Positions 48,939 to 60,637 of a stretch of DNA of 64,000 nucleotides are shown here, piece by piece; the first letter of the stretch is position 1; every line of letters starts with the position of its first letter. Below the pieces are notes generated by a model. The model had not been told where the DNA came from and ran no database searches. It was given only the letters and a program-made list of their open reading frames with translations. Location of the stretch: the NCBI GenBank assembly GCA_043228905.1, contig JBHGNT010000006.1, positions 11,036,001 through 11,100,000 of the forward strand, written 5' to 3'. The position numbers and the translations under genes were made by a program. The DNA is from Azolla caroliniana. Lineage: Eukaryota; Plantae; Polypodiophyta.

Positions 48939-51900
48939 CTGCTCTCACTTCGCTCTCTCAGCTGAAAACACAAAATGAGCAACAACATAAAACTGTTTGC
49001 CCTAAGTCATATTTATACACATATGACTTTCGGGCTAATTACAAATATAGCCTCAAGGGCTCTTGGCAAACATATTCACAAATATGTCCCCGCATCCGGA
49101 TCTCTCTCCGGGTACATTCGTCATCCGGCTCCGTAACCGGGATCTTCATCATCCGGCTCCGTAGCCGGGGTCTTCATCATCCGGCTCCGTAACCGGGGTC
49201 TTCATCATCCGGCTCCGTAACCGGGGTCTTCATCATCCGGCTCCGTAGCCGGGGTCTTCATACTGGGTACTCTTCATTCCCGGTGAGTACTCTCACCGGG
49301 CCTGTATCTTCATCCGGTTCCGTAACCGTAACCGGGCTTACCGTCATTCATTTCCGGACATCCAACCATCCCAGCCGGAGGGACCGTAATCCCAACAGTT
49401 CTCCGAGATTTTATTCCTCACATAACCATGCCTTTCTTGGATGATATACCCATTAAAGGATGCGAGGAAAGAATGAAGAATGAAGAATTGGATAGTGGTG
49501 GATGTCGGAACTTCGTCAGGAATCACATAGAAGATTGTGATAAAGTGCTTTCAAGACTAGAGGAGGTACACCTAACACTTTCAGCTCCAAAATCAATATT
49601 CGGGGTTCAAGAAGTACTAGTGGTAGGACATATGTGTGGGCCATACGGAAGAAAGCCAGCACCAACAAAGATCAACGCAATACAGAATATGAAAGAAGAA
49701 TGCAACTCTGTATCTGAAGTTTCGGAGGTTCTTGGGTGCATGTGTATTGCAAGTGGATTCCACATTATGCCCACATATCAGATCCATTGTATCGGCTATT
49801 TAGAAAAGGGGAAGCATTTGAGTGGACAAAAGAACACTCAAATACAATTAAAAGACTGAAGGAGAATTTGGCTAAAGCTCCTGCATTGAAACAACCTGAC
49901 TACAGCCAACCAATAATCCTCACAATTGACTCAAGTCCGATTGGAATCGGGTGGGTAATAAGCCAACAAGATGAGGAAGGAGAAAGACATGCGATTCGAT
50001 TTGGTGCGAAGGTACTTAGCGGACGTCAACGAAAGTATGCGGAAGTGAAGAGAGAGCTCTGGGGATAATCATTGCTATCAAGACGGATAAGGACTATCTG
50101 GTTGGTGTTGAGGTGATTGTGGAGACAGATTGCTTGCCAATTCTGGGGATTATTGCAAATTGCAATATTCCAGACCAAGCAATGCTTAGGTGGTGTATCT
50201 ACATCAAAACCATCAACCCAGATGTTCGACATATATCTGGTGAGAAGAATGCAATGGCTGATATGTTATCCAACGCAAAATATGAAAAAGAAGAAATGGT
50301 AGAATCAGATAGCGACGAAGAAGAATCAGCTTTGGTCATAAATGCAATTAGAGGGGGTGAGCCACATGAAGAACATGATTTTAAAGAAGAAGAGTATAAT
50401 GAAGAGTTTAAGGAAATCGGGAAGTATCGACAAGCACCATGGAAGGAAGGAACTTGGAGTGGGAGAAACTTCTCAAATTTCCGAAAGAAGGCACACCGAT
50501 TTTTCTTGCACCAAGGTTACCTTTGGAATCACCCAAAGTATAAAATGGGAAATCCACAACGGGTTATCTGTGACCAAGTGCAACGGGAGCAGATATTAAA
50601 GGAATTACATGACAGGGAGTGGGCTGGACACCATGGAGTCTGGGCAACATTTAGTAAAATAAAGGAAAGATATTGGTGGCCAGGATTCTACAACGAAATC
50701 AAGAGGTATGTCGAGACATGCTCAACCTGTCAAATCTACTCCAACATTAAGCATAGAGATGAGTTGCACCCAACCTATTCGCCGAATATACATTACAAGT
50801 GGATGGTTGATATAGTGGCTATGCCAATGGGGGCAAGTCAAAAGAAGTTCTTGGTACTCGCTAGAGAAGACCTTACAAATCAAGTTGAAGGAAGAGCACT
50901 GAGATCGAAGACCACATCGGCAGTATGTCAATTCATATTAGAGGATATAATATGTAGGTATGGGTGTATAGGGAAGATAGTGGCTACTAGAGGTGAGCTC
51001 AATTCTGATGAAGCAAGAGAGTTCTTTTATAGAATTGGAATTCGGTTATCATTGACCACAGCATATAATCCTGAGGCAAATGGAAAGATAGAAAGAGGTC
51101 ATAGCCCGATAGTTAAAGCACTTGCAAAAGCATGTAAAGGCAAAGTAGGTAATTGGCCAAAGTTCTTGCCATATGCATTGTGGGCGGATAGGACCACACA
51201 CAGTTCGGTTACAGGATATATGCCCGATAGAGCTCATGACAGGACAAAGGCTGATGATGCCGATTGAAGAGAAGATTGCTACATGGGCAATGCTACCATG
51301 GGAGTCAAAGATGAGTAAAGAAGACTTGCTAGCAATTCGTATCCGACAACCACAATGTCAAGCAGAAGATGTAGAAAAGGCTACTGAGAAATTGAAGGAA
51401 GCTCGGATAAAGAACAAAGCAAGATTTGACAAAGTAAATAGATTAAGACCACGAAAGATTCAAGAAGGAGACTAGGTGTTGGTACTGGATAGTAGCCTCG
51501 AGAACCAGAACAGTACAATGAGGAAGTTCGCAAAACGATGGTTTGGGCCTTACGAAGTACGGAAGGGGATTGATAAAGCTACCTACTACCTGAATGAGTT
51601 GGATGGGACTGAGATCCAGACACCGATTGCGGGAAAAAGAATAAAGATTTTTAAAAGAAGAGAAGACACCAAACCTAGTTTCATAGAAAATGAGGATGAA
51701 GAATTTTTCGAAGAGGATCAAAATGAAGTGGTGTGAACTCGCCCATAGGTGTGCAAGTTCAGAGGGGGTGGGTGTCGTGAAGTTGACACTTCATGATGTG
51801 AAAACAATGTCAAAAATCTATAGAAGTACATTTCCCATATGGAGCTTATGACAAGGAGCATGAAGGAATTTTCGGTTCGTGAATCGGAGTTCAGAAGCCC

Positions 51901-53253
51901 AAGATACAAGCTTCGGAAGGATTAATGTTACTTGGGACAAAAATGTAATTATGTCAAAAGGGGGAGCCAAAATTAAATAAGGGCTATTTCTATAATTTCT
52001 TAAATATAGAACTATAAAATTGAATTGTAGCATCAATAAATAAAGAAAATAAAAATAAAAATAAAAATACAACCGCCTTGCATGAGGCGGTTTGTCAACC
52101 GCCTTAAGAGGGTGGTAGGGCGGTTGACCACCCTATATAAGCCACGCCTATGGTGGCTAAAGGGAAGGGAGGAGGAGAAGGAGAAGGAAGAGAAGGAAAG
52201 GCGAGTGAAGAATCTCGCGTGGGTATGGGATGCAGAGCTCGCCAAAGAAGATGGAAGGAAGTCGCAGCCCTGCAAATGGGGCTTCCGATAGAAATATGTA
52301 TCTGATTCAGACAAGCCCAAATATAAAGCCTAGCTTGTTGCCAAAGGATTCAAACAAGAACATGGGGTCAACTACGATGAGATATTCTCGCCAGTAGTCA
52401 AGATGACCACCCTTCGGCTCCTACTTGGGCTCGCAGTGATTGAAGACCTAGAGCTCAAGCAGCTAGACACCAAGACGACATTCCTACACAGAGACTTGGA
52501 AGGCGACATCTATATGTCTCAATTGGCAAGCTTCACGACTACATCTATATGTCTCACACCTCGTATATCAACTAAAGAAAAGCCTTTACAGCTTAAAACA
52601 AACGTTGAGGATGTGGTACCAAAAGTTTGACTCCTACATTAGGCAGCTTGACTACCACCGGTCCAACTTCAACCCATGCATGTGTATTCCGCAACTAGCC
52701 AACGAGTCTTGGATCTATCTGATCCTATATGTCGATGACTTTCTCATTGTAGGGAGCAATAGAGCAGAGATTGAAAGGCTAAAGCGGAGCCTTCACGACA
52801 AGTTCATGATGAAGGAACTCGGACAAGCCTGACACATACTGGGCATGAGGATTGAGCGAAACTAGACGACAAAGACCCTCAGACTCTCCTAGTTCGACTA
52901 CATTCGTAAGGTGCTGAAGCACTTCAACATGGAGAACATGAAGCTTGCATCGACTCCACTACCGACTTCTATCAACCTATCAAACAGAGACTCTCCTTAG
53001 ACAGATGAGGAGAGAAACCTCAATGGAAAAATACCCTATGCATTGGCCGTAGGAAATATCGTGTACGCAATGGTGGCGACCTGTCCTAACCTTGCCTATG
53101 TCGTAGGGGTCGTCAATCATACATGTCAAACCCAAGACAAAAGCATTGGGAGGCTATCAAGCACATCTTCAGGTATCTAAGAAGAACTGAAGATGTACAA
53201 CTGACTTTCGGATCGGCAAAAGCAACCAAAGTCGAAGGCTATACCAACTCCAA

Positions 53254-53619
53254 CTATGCTGGAAACACAGATAATCAGAAGTCGACATCAGGCTACCTTT
53301 TAACCTATGGTGGCGGTGCCATATCATGGAGGTCAAAGCTTCAAGAGTGCGTAGCCCTGTCTACAACAAAGGCAGAGGACATAGCAACATCCGAGGTAGC
53401 AAAGGAAGCCATTTGGCTACACCGATTGTCGGCCGACTATGTTGGAAACACCGATAATCAGAAGTCGACATCAAGCTACCTTTTCACCTATGGCGGCAAT
53501 GCCATGTCATGGAGGTCAAAGCTTCAAGAGTGCATAGCCCTATCTACAACAAAGGCAAAGGACATAACAACATCCAAGGCAGCAAAGGAAGTCATTTGGC
53601 TGCACCGATTGTCAATTGA
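53254..53619 (+). repeat. 183-bp in-frame tandem duplication in the RNaseH region of A
   Basis: The 61-aa block Y(A/V)GNTDNQKSTS..WRSKLQEC.ALSTT..IWLHRLS starts at both 53254 and 53437. Confidence 0.92.
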
Positions 53620-54118
53620 CTTATCGGTGACAAGTCGAATCGACCACCCAACGCCGACCATCTATTGTGACTCTCAGAGTGCAATACACCTCATTCGAAA
53701 TCCAATCTATCACGCGAAGATGAAACACATTGAGGTGTAGCTCCATCATATCCAGGAGCTTGTAACAAAGAAGAAGCTTGAAATCTGGAAGATTGACACC
53801 GAGGTGAACATCGTTAATTGCCTAACGAAGCCACTCTGAGAACAACATTTTAGTGTATTAAGGACAATGATGGGACTACGACAAGCGATTGAGCAAAAGA
53901 GAGCCGAATGAGGAGCAAACGGTAAGTCGTGTTATTGGTTTTAGGGTTAGGGTTAATGGTAATGATGATTGGTGATGATAATCAAGATAGACACGGTGTA
54001 ATAGTGGAGATGATGAATGGTATGATGGTGAGAGAGAACATGAAGAACCAGACAAGCATTGAGGGGTGGGGGGTGGTGCCTAGAATGGCTCCACCCCCCT
54101 CCCAAGGGGGTTCAACGT

Positions 54119-57100
54119 TGTCGTAGTGTAATTCGCACACTACGTGAAAAATTGCATTTTTGGTCTCTCCGGATAGGACATGGAGTACTCGATGAGAACC
54201 GGAAGGAGGAACTGGTAAGGACCAGACCCGGTAAGGAGACCTAGTAAGAACCGGATGAAGAGACATATTTGTAAATAGAAGAAAGTATAAAAATATATGT
54301 TCCATGCATAGGGCAAAATTCAAACCTTGCACCTCAATGTTAATAATGTAAAGCCTTACCATTACACTAACATATCATTAGTGTTAAAAAAGTAAACGTC
54401 CCACATAGAAAGGTAAGTTCACGCTAGGATAAACTTTAGTTAGAAGAAAACGCATGATAAAAGAAAAAAGCTATGCATGCACATGTAGCGTGCATGAACA
54501 CCATAATCAATTAAAAACACATCAAGTTAGAAAAAGTAGAATCACTTTAGAAAAAGCATGTTAGAGAAAGCATAGAGTCTATCTATAGAAAAAGCATGGA
54601 TTGTTAAGACTCTCTCATCAATATATAAGGATGAGGAGCACAATCTAATATGGGGGGGTGTGGAATATTTGGAAATTGGATATATTTCCTAAAACACCAA
54701 TTAATATAATATACTCGTGGGATTCACGAATTTTTGATCAAAATTGTCCCTTACTACCTAAATATTGATGAAATACACTAAACTTGTGGGATTCACGAGA
54801 TTCATAACTTACTTATCTTTCTACCTATTCATTACTAGCCTTATCTCATATTCTTCTTTCTCCTAGTCCAAAACCTCAATGGTTCCCACCCGACTCACGC
54901 AACGATCCGGAGCCAAAAGGCATGACACATTTGGTGAACCCGACGTGAAGGCGGGTGGCAAGGAGATGGAGAATCAACAAGAGGCGATGAGCATAATGAT
55001 GATGATGATTGAGCGGATGCAACAAGAGCAACGTGCGATGTCGGAGATGAAGTCGGCAGTAGAGCGGCTTGTGCAACAAAACGGGCAATTCAACGGAAAT
55101 GATGTGTCACGCTATCTACATGACTACAAGGCGGAGATGATGCGATGTGGAATACCGGAACGATTGCAAGTGATTTCCTTGAATTGGGTAGCCACGGATG
55201 AGTTACAAGAGAGAATCTACAAGATACGGCAACAAAACCCTATACGGGGGTCCTTTGAAGAAGCTTTACGAGAGGCATATGACTATGAGAGATCGAAGAG
55301 ACGAGATCGACGCGAGTTCGACAAGTGGGTGGGATTGACAAAGACTCACCGAACTGCGACACTAGCATTCTTAGAGTTGGAGTATCGTTTTGCTCAACTC
55401 TCAGAGCGGGAACAAAGATCGGTGGGGGTGGATAAAGTCCTAATGTTCGTAAGATCAATCAATCGAAAAGAAAGGATGGACATTGGGATCGAACTCGAAG
55501 ACGATGACGGTGCGAATGGTCTTACCGAGGATTGGGCCGAAGTCGAAAGGGTATGCAAAAGATATGAAAAGAGGAAGACGTGAATATTGTCGGCAACAAC
55601 ATGGCCTATAAGGGATGGTAGATTGAGGAAAAACGATGTAGCCGATATGAAGGCCGAAATACAATATGATGGGACCACGGGGGAGAGTGTGGAACAAGAC
55701 ACCCTCTTGTCTTGTGAAAGAATGACGACCAAGGATAAGGCCGATAAGCTAAGAGTGGCGAACACCACTTCAAGTGTAGAAGAAGATTTTGGGATACGAG
55801 TGTTCGAGACATCGGATGAGAAAGAGGTAAGCATAATCGATGCTTGCATAATTGATGGATATAAAGAGTGCAAGCAGGACTTGATTGAGGAGGTCCCCAC
55901 GAAAGATGACATCAAATCAGAGGTGGCTATGGACAAATCGATGGTGTATGACCGTATCGAAACTTTCTCACCACTAGTTCCAGAGACTCTGGCGGTTGCG
56001 TTCGAAAGGCAACGTGAGACCGAAGAGACGGAAGGTGGCGGAGGGAAAACGAAGGTCGACGCCGATGTATACGACGGAGAGATAGTTGAGAAGGTGGCTA
56101 TGGGTGAAACAATAGAGGACGGTAATACAAAGGATTCCGGCCCACTAATTCTAGAGACTTCGGTAGTTGTGTCCAAGAACCAACGTGAGACCGGAGAGAC
56201 GGGAGGTGGGAGCAAAGAATGTAAAGCCGGAAGTAGGTCTGGACGGAAGATGATCCGGTCGGAATTCCGGTCTAAACGAAAGCTGAAGCAAGCGGAAGTG
56301 GATTCGGACAAAATCCGATTCATCGAGTTCGACGTGGACGGAAATCATTCCAACCGGAAGCCGATTGGACAAGACCGATCCGGAAAGAAGTGTCGAAAGT
56401 CAAACCGGTTGAGACCGATGAAAACAAAGAAAAGAAAGCAAATCCTGACAGAAACCGATCGGTCGAAACCGACCCGGAAGGGGACCAAATCGGTAAAAAT
56501 AGATCAACCGAGTCTGGTTCGGGTGAATACAAATCGGAATGGAAGCCGATTCAACCGAAAGACGATCGGGCGAGACCGATCCGGAAAAAAGTCAATGTTG
56601 TTAAAGATAAGGAAGAGGCCAAGCGAAGGCACTACCACAGACGACAAGGACCAAGCGGGCCAAGTGGATTTGAAGAGTGTTGCCAAGGATGAGATCTTAA
56701 CAAAGACGGTGAGCTATAACATGAAGATTTTCAACTCTAACGCGAGATTATACGACAAAGGTGAACAAAGTGGGAGGCATGGCACATGCACAAGACAAGA
56801 AGGGTTATGCTCAAGAGGATCACAAGGAGCCATGACAACCAGCCATGGCAATGCAAAGAGAGAACAAAGAATATGGTGGATCAGATGGCGACAATGGTTC
56901 GGGTTGAAAGAATGGATGTGCTCAAACTGGAGAGACAAAGTCGACATAGCAAGAGAAACGGAGGGGATTGCGAGTAAAGGAGAAATACGAGAGCCGGCAA
57001 CCGGTAACCGAGCGGAGCAAGCAACTGAAAACTGAAAACCAGACGGAGCCGGCAACCAAGCACGACCGGCGACGAAACCAACCAGGCGGAGACCGGACGG

Positions 57101-57994
57101 ACAAGACTAACAATCACCGACAACTTTGGCACATACCGGAGGATGTGCGGGTTTAGAGGGGGCGAGTGTCGTAGTGTAATTCACACACTACATGAAAAAT
57201 TGCATTTTTTGGTCTCTCCAGATAGGACATGGAGTACCCGGTGAGAACCGATAAGGACCGGACCCGGTAAGGAGACCCAGTAAGAACCGGATGAAGAAGG
57301 CCGGTGAGAGTCTCTCACCGGATGAAGAGACATATTTGTAAATATAAGAAAGTATAAAAATATATGTTCCATGCATAGGGCAAAATTCAAACCTTGCACC
57401 TCCATGATAATAATGTAAAGCCTTACCATTACACTAACATATCATTAGTGTTAAAAAAGTAAACGTCCCACATAGAAAGGTAAGTTCACACTAGGATAAA
57501 CTTTAGTTAGAAGAAAACGCATGATAAAAGAAAAAAGCTATGCATGCACATGTAGCGTGCATGAACACCATAATTGATTAAAAACGCATCAAGTTAGAAA
57601 AAGTAGAATCACTTTAGAAAAAGCATGTTAGAAAAAGCATAGAGTCTATCTATAGAAAAAGCATGGATTGTTAAGACTCTCTCATCACTATATAAGGATG
57701 AGGAGCACAATCTAATATGGGGGGGTGTGGAATATTTGGAAATTGGATATATTTCCTAAAACACCAATTAATATAATATACTCGTGGGATTCACGAATTT
57801 TTGATCAAAATTGTCTCTTACTATCTAAATATTGATGAAATACACTAAACTCGTGGGATTCACGAGATTCATAACTTACTTATCTTTCTACCTATTCATT
57901 ACTAGCCTTATCTCATATTCTTCTTTCTCCTAGTCCAAAACCTCAATGGTTCCCACCCGACTCACGCAACGATCCAGAGCCTAAAGGCACGACA
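54119..57994 (+). mobile_element. Non-autonomous gag-only LTR element G of the C/D lineage
   Basis: LTRs 54119-54927 and 57167-57994; 4-bp TSD ACGT/ACAT. Trp PBS 54932-54948 and PPT AGAGGGGG before 57167. gag (FNGNDVSRYL..EMMRCGI) is followed by a charged low-complexity ORF; no protease, RT or integrase motifs. Confidence 0.9.
54967..57035 (+). pseudogene. gag of G with a long E/K/R-rich extension; one in-frame TGA at 55581-55583
   Basis: ORFs 54879-55583 and 55587-57035 share a frame. The N-terminal part resembles the gag of C (34450-34881) and D (40690-41172). Confidence 0.7.
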
Positions 57995-58049
57995 ACATTA
58001 GGGGGGAAGAGAGAGACAGAGAGAGAGACAGAGAGAGACAGAGAGCCCA

Positions 58050-58240
58050 GATGGATGTAGCTTAGTTGGTAAGGTTGCCCACTAGAGACCAGGTGGTCAT
58101 GGGTTCAACCCCTAGATTCCATAGTGGCATCTAGTGAAATAGAGATATATATGAAGTATATAATAGAGAGGTGAGGAAATTGGGTTTTGAACCCAAGACA
58201 CAGTGCTTGTAGTGTTATCGACTTACCACTAGGGTAAGCT
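58050..58240. other. Two convergent degenerate tRNA-like (A-box/B-box) units inside LTR F
   Basis: Plus strand: TAGCTTAGTTGG (58058) and GGTTCAACCCC (58102). Minus strand: TACCCTAGTGGT (58225-58236) and GGGTTCAAAACCC (58182-58194). Confidence 0.55.
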
Positions 58241-58782
58241 AATTACGATAAAGAGAGAGACTTACCCTTTGGCATTCACACCTAGTCACACACTCACACC
58301 TCTTTGTATCTACCACACTCACACTTACATTCACACTCATAATCGTATAAAATCACACATACATATCCACACATTACATCTTTCACCCTCACTTATCACA
58401 CTTATCAATCACCCGTACATCTCGTACGGTAACAAGTCGAAGACTGGCTCAATCAGACAAGCCGAAAAAGCAAAGTCCATAGAATCGGAATGCCAAGACG
58501 CCGAAGACGCAACATTGAGCAAGGATACCAACAGGAGAAAAGACAATCGAGGGGCGAACGAAGTTGAAGAAAGATCGAGGATCCAACAGGAAGCACAGGA
58601 TCAAGCACGAGCGGAAAGCAGAGGATCGACTAGAGGTCGAAAGTTAGAATTAGACATGAGCCGATCCAGTCAAACGAGCCAATTCGGACGTAGACCGACT
58701 CAAACAAGCCGATTCACCCAACTTAGACAAGTCGACCCAAATGACATATGATCCTGATAACTTGCTAAATCAGGCTAGATCC

Positions 58783-59015
58783 GGTATGGGACGTTGATCA
58801 AGGCTCAAGTCCGTCTCGATCCATTCGCTCGAGGGTAGTGGGGTAGATTGGCACCCTTCTTTCTCCCTCTTTTCTTATCTATCTATCTTATACTTCTTTT
58901 TTTCATGCTTACATTAGGAAGAATCTCTAACACGCACACACAAACACACATAGCCCCATGCATTCATGAATGTCATCATCATGAGTCCGGATGATATGCT
59001 ACATATATGATATTC
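58783..59015 (+). repeat. Direct duplicate of 21610-21840
   Basis: Same LTR tail, (CA)n and TAGCCCCATGCATTCATGAATGTCATCATCATGAG...GATATTC in both copies. Confidence 0.92.
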
Positions 59016-60637
59016 AAGGAACGATTGGCATTGCGAGAAGTCAACCATGGGGGACAGAATGACCAATACAACCCATTTTATTGCTTATCGTCTTTGCTAC
59101 ACACACATTCCTAGGCTCTATACCCTGAAGGCCAATGTTAGACCATTTGTTCACTTGCAATGACTGGTTATTGAGAGGTGGATTCGGAACTGTGTGACTT
59201 TGAGAATTACCATGTGGCTTCACACAAGGGGGATGTTGAATATACTACTAGAGTGATTTTCACTTGTTATTATGAGTTGCCCCTACAATTCTAAGATTCA
59301 ACATGCCATCATTGGTGTCATAACCTTCTTATTATCTTATTATCATTAACTTGACGTGGGTAAAATGGTACTTTCAATTCCCCATATGTTTGATAGAGTG
59401 AATCTTCTCCCCGAGGACATTGATTCCTCCCTTGACAATTACATATGTTAAAACTTTGAGCTCATTTCATTAACATTCTTTTATCTAGGTGACAATCTCT
59501 TATTGTTAATCACATAGTAGAATATGTGGTCTAATGCATTCCATAGATATTTATATGCTTCCTTCCCTAGTACTGCAATTGTTTCCGGTTTAGCTAAGCA
59601 TCAGTCCAAATCCTTCACCAAGGCATGTCTCCTCTCATTCTGATGTTTATTTTGTATCCTCCATTTGTTCTTGTGATGAAAGAAAAATTCATACATACAA
59701 ACACTAATACACAAGCATGCATGGATATACGAACACCCACAAATATAGAGAGATCAACATACATATACACTTGCACATCCACATCTCTGGCTAACCCACA
59801 ATCATCACTCTCCAAATAAAGACTTTTTGCTCAAACTTACTCACATGCCATTCTTTTCCAACCTTAGTTTCAATAGCCATCATAAAGACTCTATAGAGCA
59901 ATCATACAAATTATTTTTAGTTGCTTGCAAGAATTGATTATTCTACATAAACTCCAATCCAAGCAAGGTTGCTCCTTTGGCCTATCATTATTATTGAATG
60001 CATTATCCATATTTGGTATAGAGAATAGACTTATGCATTAAGGGAAGTTGACATTATATTTCAGCTTTGAATTTGAAGACACTAAATTTCATTCTCTTTG
60101 TCTAATTGTATAACAGAGTACAATATAAAATGGGTTAAAAGACACTGATCTAAAGGTAACTTTTCAAGCAAAAAGTGATTAGGGAGAAGGCACCCCTAGG
60201 ATTGATCATGCTTCTACCAAGGTGGTGTAGAGCTGGGTGAGGATATCTTCACATATGCCAATCATTGCTTCAAGGAAGTTTCTGAATTATCTCCCATCAT
60301 GGATCAAGGGGCATGTGGCTATAATAAATGGCACTTTCTTCCATTATTTCAAACAATTACTTGGCATTTCATCAATGCTTCACAAGGTTCCCGATTTTGT
60401 CCATATGCCAACCATCTTCAGAATGAGAAATTCACTCCCTAATGCAACTCTGTGTAAGAAATGAACTAGCTTAGTGATTTCAATCATTGTTAGTTTAATT
60501 CTCCACTAAATTTTGGGTTCCATTTTTCATTTATGATTATTCAAATTGCTGACCTTTTATCGACTTCACCTTATATGGTTTATGGTTGAAACTATGTCGT
60601 ACTAAATACCAACCATGTTCACAAGGTATTGGCTCTT

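Larger units (their letters stand above)
43761..49397 (-). mobile_element. Intact, recent Ty1/copia element E (5.6 kb) inserted in the RT of D
   Basis: LTRs 48630-49397 and 43761-44514 differ, as far as I can see, by one substitution and the (CT)n length. Perfect TSD GTTCT. iMet PBS 48615-48626 and PPT 44515-44528. Confidence 0.98.
39414..52254 (+). mobile_element. Ty3/gypsy element D (same lineage as C), inserted in A's integrase; 3' LTR truncated by a deletion
   Basis: 5' LTR 39414-40347, PBS TGGTGAACCCAACGTGA 40354-40370. gag 40438-42200, protease (ALIDHGSEINII) 42233-42664, RT 43036-43760 resuming at 49403, RNaseH and integrase to 51736. PPT AGAGGGGG 51761-51768. Partial 3' LTR 51773-52254. 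Confidence 0.93.
53930..58434. mobile_element. Solo LTR F (~625 bp net), split by element G
   Basis: TGTTA...TAACA termini; perfect TSD AGTCG (53925-53929 and 58435-58439). Confidence 0.88.
21841..58782 (+). mobile_element. Old Ty1/copia element A, host of the nested cluster; no 3' LTR
   Basis: 5' LTR 21841-22605 and PBS TGGTATCAGAGC 22608-22619. gag (IRKFDGKNFALWK) and protease (WLLDSGATFHVTP) at 22720-23865. Integrase 38648-39413. RT/RNaseH 52255-53900. 3' region 58440-58782. Confidence 0.85.

Noticed and set aside
55394-56323. 309-aa Ser/Phe-rich antisense ORF in G
   Set aside because: It mirrors the purine-rich sense ORF and has no independent support.
58050-58120. Functional tRNA gene
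   Set aside because: Acceptor and anticodon stems do not pair convincingly; kept only as tRNA-like.
58269-58751. 160-aa ORF crossing the F/A junction
   Set aside because: It spans an insertion boundary, so it is a chance fusion of LTR sequence with A's 3' region.
59228-59620. PPT-like GGGGGA followed by TGTTGAA, with possibly decayed coding sequence
   Set aside because: No partner LTR, terminus or recognisable protein motif.
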